Source: a bacterium (GTDB lineage Bacteria; UBA8248). From it: DNA of 64,000 nucleotides. The translations under genes and the position numbers were made by a program. Below, in pieces: positions 58,874 through 64,000 of the stretch. The notes under the pieces are model-generated. The model had not been told where the DNA came from and ran no database searches. It saw only the letters and a program-made list of their open reading frames with translations. The stretch lies in the NCBI GenBank assembly GCA_963692865.2, contig OY843592.1, positions 3,648,001 to 3,712,000 of the forward strand. The letters run 5' to 3'. The number at the start of each line of letters is the position of its first letter. The stretch's first letter is position 1.

Positions 58874-60300
58874 GCGGCCCTCGCCGCAACTTCACGATGA
58901 AGACGGCCGACGAAACGGAACAGGATGGCGAACAGCCAGTAGGGATAAAAATGGGCCGTGGTGGAAACGGCGACGAACAGGGCGGCGACGGTGGAGAAGA
59001 TGACGGCGAAAGGCATCACGATTCCGAGCGATTCTTCATGCGGCGGCAAGCGCATGATCCTGAAAAAATACATCGCGCCCGCGGCAAGCGCGGCCATCAC
59101 CAAAACGAGGCCCAGCAACCCCAAATCGACGATAAAATTCATCGGCAGGCTGTGCAGGGAAACCGGTGCGCTCTTTCTCGGATTTTCCTGAAACAAATCC
59201 GAAGTCGACCATCCCCGAATACCCGATTCATATCGGCTGACGTCGTCATAAAAATACGCTGAGACCGTGGCCGGCGTATCCTTGGAATATCCATACAAAA
59301 ATCCCTGCCGAGGCCCGCCCCCCAAGAAAGGCCGCTCGAAAAACACGTCCGCCGCCCGCGCGTGCTGAAACAGCCTCTCTCTAACGCTCATCGACAAGTT
59401 CGACGCTTCGACGAACTCTCCCCGCACTGCCGTCCCCACCATCGCGGAAACGCAAATACACGCGAGGAAAACCGAGGCCGTGAAACAATAAACCCAAACA
59501 GGCTTCAACCTCTTGTTTGCGCGTGACCGGCCCCTGAACCTCATGAAAAAGACGACGATGAGGAACGCGCCCAGGAACAACGCGAAAATCGGAACCCGGC
59601 GCCATGTGGAAAATACCATGAGTATTCCGGCAAGCGACGCGAACAAGTAAAAATAACCGCCTCTACTCCAGAAGAAATAAAAGGCGACGCCTGTCAGGAC
59701 GAGTCCGAGCCTGCTGGCGACGATATGGTGCCGCGCGAACATGCCGAGAAAAAACCGTCCCTCGTGATTGAGCGAATACGGGTTGGGGATGCCCAGATAA
59801 TAGAACAAGATACTCTCGACGCCCATCGCCAGGGCGACCCAGAAGACACTTTTGAGCGCGCCTTCGAACTCCTTTCTCCCCCACCGGTTGTTATGAACCA
59901 GATACCATACGAGCATGCCGTCGGCGCAGGGTACGGCATCGGCCAGAATCCGGTAGAGGGGCGCGGACGTCTTGATGGGGTCGTCGTGCACGTACCCATG
60001 GATGATCCCCGTCCAGAATATCGCCCAGAACCAAAGGGCGGCAACCGTAAAGCCCGGCGCCGGTTTTCTCGCCCCGTAGCGGATGACCTCTATCGCCCAT
60101 GCGGAACACAACAGAACGAAAAGGAGTATGTAGACCTTATACGGACCCACGGATTGAACAGGGAAATAGGGAACGCGCTCCCATGGAACGAGAAAATAAA
60201 CCGCATGCAGACGAATGACCGTATTCGTTAGCGGAAAAGGAGAGGTTTCCTCTTTCCTCAAGGTAAAGCGAGCGTCCGACCCCGCGCGCCCCGCGTCCAC
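58870..60300 (-). CDS. O-antigen ligase/polymerase family membrane protein
   Basis: Multi-TM; SVRER, ERPFLGGG, LHSLPMNFIVDLGLLG. Confidence 0.75.
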   Translation of the reverse strand: MDAGRAGSDARFTLRKEETSPFPLTNTVIRLHAVYFLVPWERVPYFPVQSVGPYKVYILLFVLLCSAWAIEVIRYGARKPAPGFTVAALWFWAIFWTGIIHGYVHDDPIKTSAPLYRILADAVPCADGMLVWYLVHNNRWGRKEFEGALKSVFWVALAMGVESILFYYLGIPNPYSLNHEGRFFLGMFARHHIVASRLGLVLTGVAFYFFWSRGGYFYLFASLAGILMVFSTWRRVPIFALFLGAFLIVVFFMRFRGRSRANKRLKPVWVYCFTASVFLACICVSAMVGTAVRGEFVEASNLSMSVRERLFQHARAADVFFERPFLGGGPRQGFLYGYSKDTPATVSAYFYDDVSRYESGIRGWSTSDLFQENPRKSAPVSLHSLPMNFIVDLGLLGLVLVMAALAAGAMYFFRIMRLPPHEESLGIVMPFAVIFSTVAALFVAVSTTAHFYPYWLFAILFRFVGRLHREVAARAA

Positions 60301-60307
60301 GGAAAAA

Positions 60308-61129
60308 CTACCCCCGGGCGCCCGGGCGCCTGGAAAAATAACCCCTCTTCAACCACATGCGCACCTTGTGCGGCAACATGCGATATGAAAACCAAAACGG
60401 CAGTAGTGCACGATACGCGAATCCGCCTCCCAAGGCGCGAATCGCCCTGTTTTGCAACACGACCCCATCGAGCACATAGCGAAGCCTGGCGCCCCGCTCG
60501 AAGAACTGTCTCGCATGAATTCTTTTCGCCGCCACGGGAACCTTCGAGCACCCGAGCTTCATTCCGTTTTCATACAACCGCACATAGAGGTCCCAATCGA
60601 GCTGGCCGGCGCGGCTCTCGTCGTAGCCTCGAATCTTCTTCATCGCCTCACCCCTTACGAACAGCGACGTGTGAACCACGGGATTAAAGAGCATGAGTTT
60701 CCTGCGAACGTCGCTCAACGAAGTCTTCGCCTCTTCCAATCCGAATGCGGGCCAATGCGGAGCGTCGTCGGCATGAAAGGCGAACAGGGGAGAGACGACG
60801 GCGGCATACTGGGGAAAACGCTTCATCGCCGCCATTTGAATCTCGAATCTTTTGGGGTGAGACAAATCGTCGGCGTCATGCCGGGCGATGAATTCACCCC
60901 TGCTCTCGCGCACCCCAAGGTTGAGCGCTCTCGAGAGTCCGATTCTTCCCGCTTCTATCAGGCGAATTCTGGGGTCGCGAAATCGCTCGAGTATGCGAAC
61001 CGTATCGTCCGTGGAGCCATCATCCACGATGAGGCATTCAAAATCAGGCTCCGTTTGCGCGAGTATGCTCTTCACGGCGTCCGCGATGTATTCCTCCGCG
61101 TTGTAGGACGTCATCAAAACGCTGAACAC
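60308..61129 (-). CDS. GT2 family glycosyltransferase
   Basis: SVLMTSYN, IVDDGSTD, ALNLG, RHDADD. Confidence 0.92.
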   Translation of the reverse strand: MFSVLMTSYNAEEYIADAVKSILAQTEPDFECLIVDDGSTDDTVRILERFRDPRIRLIEAGRIGLSRALNLGVRESRGEFIARHDADDLSHPKRFEIQMAAMKRFPQYAAVVSPLFAFHADDAPHWPAFGLEEAKTSLSDVRRKLMLFNPVVHTSLFVRGEAMKKIRGYDESRAGQLDWDLYVRLYENGMKLGCSKVPVAAKRIHARQFFERGARLRYVLDGVVLQNRAIRALGGGFAYRALLPFWFSYRMLPHKVRMWLKRGYFSRRPGARG

Positions 61130-61150
61130 TTCGGATTCCTCCTGCCCAGG

Positions 61151-63076
61151 TCAAGCAATCGCCGGACGATGGGCGTCCAGCATTTCCCGCAACCAAAGCT
61201 CCGAAACCGTTAGAAACCAAATAAGAGGGTATGCGGATTTCCCTTCCTTGAAACGGGTATACAGCCTGCGCACCTCTTTGGGCGAGAAAATCCCTCTTCT
61301 GCGAAGCGATTCTTCGCTCAGCGCGTCCTCCATGATTTCGCGTAAATCCTCTTTCATCCACATCGCCATCGGAAGGACGAAACCCTGTTTTCTCCTGGCG
61401 GAAATCTCGGGAGGAATGACGTCACGAAGCGACGCCTTGAGCAACCTCTTCGGATGTCCCCATTTCTTCTCCCACCCGGGCGGCAGGCCGCAGACGAATT
61501 CCACGACGTGATGGTCGACGAACGGCACCCGCACCTCCAGAGAATGGGCCATGCTCATCACGTCGGTATCCCGCAAGGTTCTCCATTCCATGTACACTTG
61601 CATTTCGAGTTCGCTCAGGATGCGCCAAGGTCTCTCGCCGGAACGGACCAGCGAGACAAGGAGCGCGAAAATATCCTCATCCGCCTTGCGCTCGCGAAAA
61701 TGGGCCTGCAGTTGCGGGGAATACAAAGTTTTCTTCTCCTCGGGCCACGTCAAAAGACGCGCCAGGGCATACAACCCCATCGGCGATTCCACCCATTGCA
61801 GCCGGCGGAGTTTTTCGATGCGCTCCGAAGACATATTCGGGCCGAAGCGGAGCATTTGCGAGACGAACGCCACGAGAGTTTTTCTCGCCGCCAAAGGCAA
61901 CTTTCCCCACATGGCCGACAATCGCCACAAAGGGGGTATGAGGCGAAACGAGTCGTACCCGCCGAAAAGCTCATCCGCCCCGAGACCGGACAAGGCGACG
62001 GTGACGCCGTCTTGTTTCGCCGCTTGAGACACGAGATAGGCGTTGACCCCATCGAAGCCGGGCTGATCCAGATGCCGCACGATGCGGGGAAGCTCCTCCG
62101 CCACTTTTGAGCCTTTGATCACGAACTCCAAGTGGCGCGTCGAGAATGACTGGGCCGCCGCTCTCGCATATCGCCTCTCATCACAGCCTTGCGGGACGTC
62201 ATCGAAACCGACCGAATATGTCCTCACGGGTTCATCCGCCCGACGCGACATCAGCCCCACAATCGCCGAAGAATCCATGCCGCCGCTCAAAAAAGCTCCT
62301 GAGGGAACATCGCTTATCTGGTGCAGTTCGACGCTTTCCTCCAGCAAGCCGCGCAGCCGGGGAAGGATTTCCTCATCGGCGCATCGCGTCGTTCCGGCGG
62401 GCGGGGGCTCCCACCACCGTTCTATGAATACCCCTTTTTCCGTAATGCGCATCCGGTGCCCCGGAGGCAAGGCCTTCACGCCTCTCATCAACGTGCGTGG
62501 GCCGGGAACAAAGCCCAGGGAAAGGCTGAGGTCGAGAGAATTCAGGTCGAGTTCGGGGCGGATTAGACCGCTTCTCACCAGCGCCCCCACCTCCGAGGCG
62601 AACGCCCATCCACCCGCGGTCGGCGCGTAGTACAGGGGTTTGACCCCGAGCCGGTCGCGCGTCAAAAGCAAGACTCGCCGCCCGGCGTCCACGACCGCGA
62701 ATGCGAACATGCCCCTTAAAAAACGGCAGCACTCATCCCCTTTCTCCTCGTAGAGGCGCAGAAGAACTTCCGTATCGGAACGCGATCTGAAGGCGTGGCC
62801 GCGACCCGCCAAATACTCTCTCAACCGCCTGAAATTGTAGATTTCCCCGTTCAATGCAATGCAGATTCTCTCATCTTCCGTGGTCATCGGTTGTTTCGCC
62901 GCCGAACCCGGCTCGATAACGCTCAGACGCCTCACACCGACGCAGGTTGCGCCGAAACGCCAAAACCCCACGTCGTCGGGGCCGCGATGCGTCATTGCGT
63001 CACACATCCGCGCTACGCCCTCCTCCAGCGAAGACGGCGAGAGTTCGGTCGAGGTAATTCCGCAAATTCCGCACAT
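61151..63076 (-). CDS. asnB: Second asparagine synthase family amidotransferase
   Basis: MCGICG, HRGPD, NGEIYN, RDRLGVKPL, FLSGGMDS, SGLGADE, SLEVRVPF, KQGF. Confidence 0.92.
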   Translation of the reverse strand: MCGICGITSTELSPSSLEEGVARMCDAMTHRGPDDVGFWRFGATCVGVRRLSVIEPGSAAKQPMTTEDERICIALNGEIYNFRRLREYLAGRGHAFRSRSDTEVLLRLYEEKGDECCRFLRGMFAFAVVDAGRRVLLLTRDRLGVKPLYYAPTAGGWAFASEVGALVRSGLIRPELDLNSLDLSLSLGFVPGPRTLMRGVKALPPGHRMRITEKGVFIERWWEPPPAGTTRCADEEILPRLRGLLEESVELHQISDVPSGAFLSGGMDSSAIVGLMSRRADEPVRTYSVGFDDVPQGCDERRYARAAAQSFSTRHLEFVIKGSKVAEELPRIVRHLDQPGFDGVNAYLVSQAAKQDGVTVALSGLGADELFGGYDSFRLIPPLWRLSAMWGKLPLAARKTLVAFVSQMLRFGPNMSSERIEKLRRLQWVESPMGLYALARLLTWPEEKKTLYSPQLQAHFRERKADEDIFALLVSLVRSGERPWRILSELEMQVYMEWRTLRDTDVMSMAHSLEVRVPFVDHHVVEFVCGLPPGWEKKWGHPKRLLKASLRDVIPPEISARRKQGFVLPMAMWMKEDLREIMEDALSEESLRRRGIFSPKEVRRLYTRFKEGKSAYPLIWFLTVSELWLREMLDAHRPAIA

Positions 63077-63187
63077 ATGGTCATCGGCCTTCTTTTTACC
63101 GGCAAAGAAATCCATATCGCCCTATGATGGCGACGAATCCCGAGCCCGATGAGAATCGAAGCGCCAAGGGAATTTCACCAAGTCGCC

Positions 63188-64000
63188 TTACGACTGTAAT
63201 TCCACGAATTTTCTGTATCGGCCTTCCATCCGCATGAGAGCGGGGTGGTCTCCTTCCTCTACGATTCTTCCGCCTTCAAGAACCAGAATCTTGTCCGCAT
63301 CTCTTATCGTGGAAAGACGATGCGCGACGATGAGTATGGTCATTCGCCCGCCGAGATTCCGCACGGCCTTCCGGATGAGGCGCTCGAACCCGCTATCGAG
63401 CGAACTCGTCGCTTCGTCCAACACCAGTATCCGGGGAGAACGCACCAGGGCTCTCGCGAGGGCCAGACGCTGTTTCTGGCCCCCGGACAACTTGAATCCC
63501 CGGTTTCCGATGATCGTCCGGTACCCCTCGGGCAACCGGATGATGAATTCATGCGCATAAGCGATTTCCGCAGCTTTTTGCACCTGCCCTTCATCCGCGC
63601 TCAAGTTTCCATAGCGGATGTTGTTGTAAACCGTGTCGTTGAAGAGATAGGGGTCCTGTTCCACCACCCCGGTCCGGCTTCGCCATTCACTCGCGGACAC
63701 GTCCCTCAAATCCACGTCATCGACGTAAATGACGCCTTGCGCCGGATCGTGAAGACGCAAGAACAAATCGACGAAAGTCGTCTTCCCGCTCCCCGAGGAA
63801 CCCACGAGCGCCGTCGTCGTATCCTTTTCGATCGATGCGTTTACTCCGCTCAGCGCATCACTTTGCGCACCCGGATAAGCGAAAGACACGTTTTCGAACC
63901 GGACACCACTTTTCAGAGAACCGAACGAGGCGACTCCCTCCGGCAAGCACTCCCGGTTTTCGCCTTCTGCGTATTCGCGAACTCTCGCCAGGTGGGGGGC
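63188..64000 (-). CDS. ABC transporter ATP-binding/permease (MsbA/PglK-like), C-terminal part; runs off the right edge
   Basis: GSSGSGKT, LSGGQKQR, LDEATS, AHRLSTI. Confidence 0.88.
   Translation of the reverse strand, partial: APHLARVREYAEGENRECLPEGVASFGSLKSGVRFENVSFAYPGAQSDALSGVNASIEKDTTTALVGSSGSGKTTFVDLFLRLHDPAQGVIYVDDVDLRDVSASEWRSRTGVVEQDPYLFNDTVYNNIRYGNLSADEGQVQKAAEIAYAHEFIIRLPEGYRTIIGNRGFKLSGGQKQRLALARALVRSPRILVLDEATSSLDSGFERLIRKAVRNLGGRMTILIVAHRLSTIRDADKILVLEGGRIVEEGDHPALMRMEGRYRKFVELQS

Noticed and set aside
52943-63076. AsnB genes as lasso-peptide cyclases
   Set aside because: Both keep the full N-terminal glutaminase (MCG), no B protein or precursor is seen, and the context is glycosyltransferases

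Overview
GC-rich bacterial genomic window of about 50 CDS, mostly transport and catabolism genes. It contains a fused Type IIG/IIC restriction-modification gene with two AT-rich hypothetical neighbours, a complete mrpABCDEFG Na+/H+ antiporter operon, and Fe3+/PgtC-like, sugar/nucleoside-type ABC and TAXI-TRAP transporters. There are several metallo-beta-lactamase-fold and alpha/beta hydrolases, tandem Gfo/Idh/MocA oxidoreductases, a sulfatase, a divergent adenine-deaminase-family cluster, a Sel1+ankyrin protein, four toxin-antitoxin loci (two decayed) and a surface-polysaccharide locus running off the right edge. Three signals stand out. (1) Many intergenic spacers hold non-coding elements bounded by ~17-19 bp terminal inverted repeats (GGGG(T/C)TGTTG(A/G)AAAA...). 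Several have 5-bp target duplications and appear to prefer CCCC-N5 sites resembling their own ends. Their interiors are variable nested mosaics of at least five unrelated REP/REPIN hairpin families, and no cognate enzyme is in the window. (2) An AhpD/CMD-family gene split in the ORF track is probably one selenoprotein (C-A-Y-UGA plus a SECIS-like hairpin). (3) A promoter-hairpin-terminator leader directly upstream of a cupin gene is a candidate attenuator or sRNA. No rRNA, tRNA or CRISPR array was seen. All calls come from reading motifs by eye; no searches were run.
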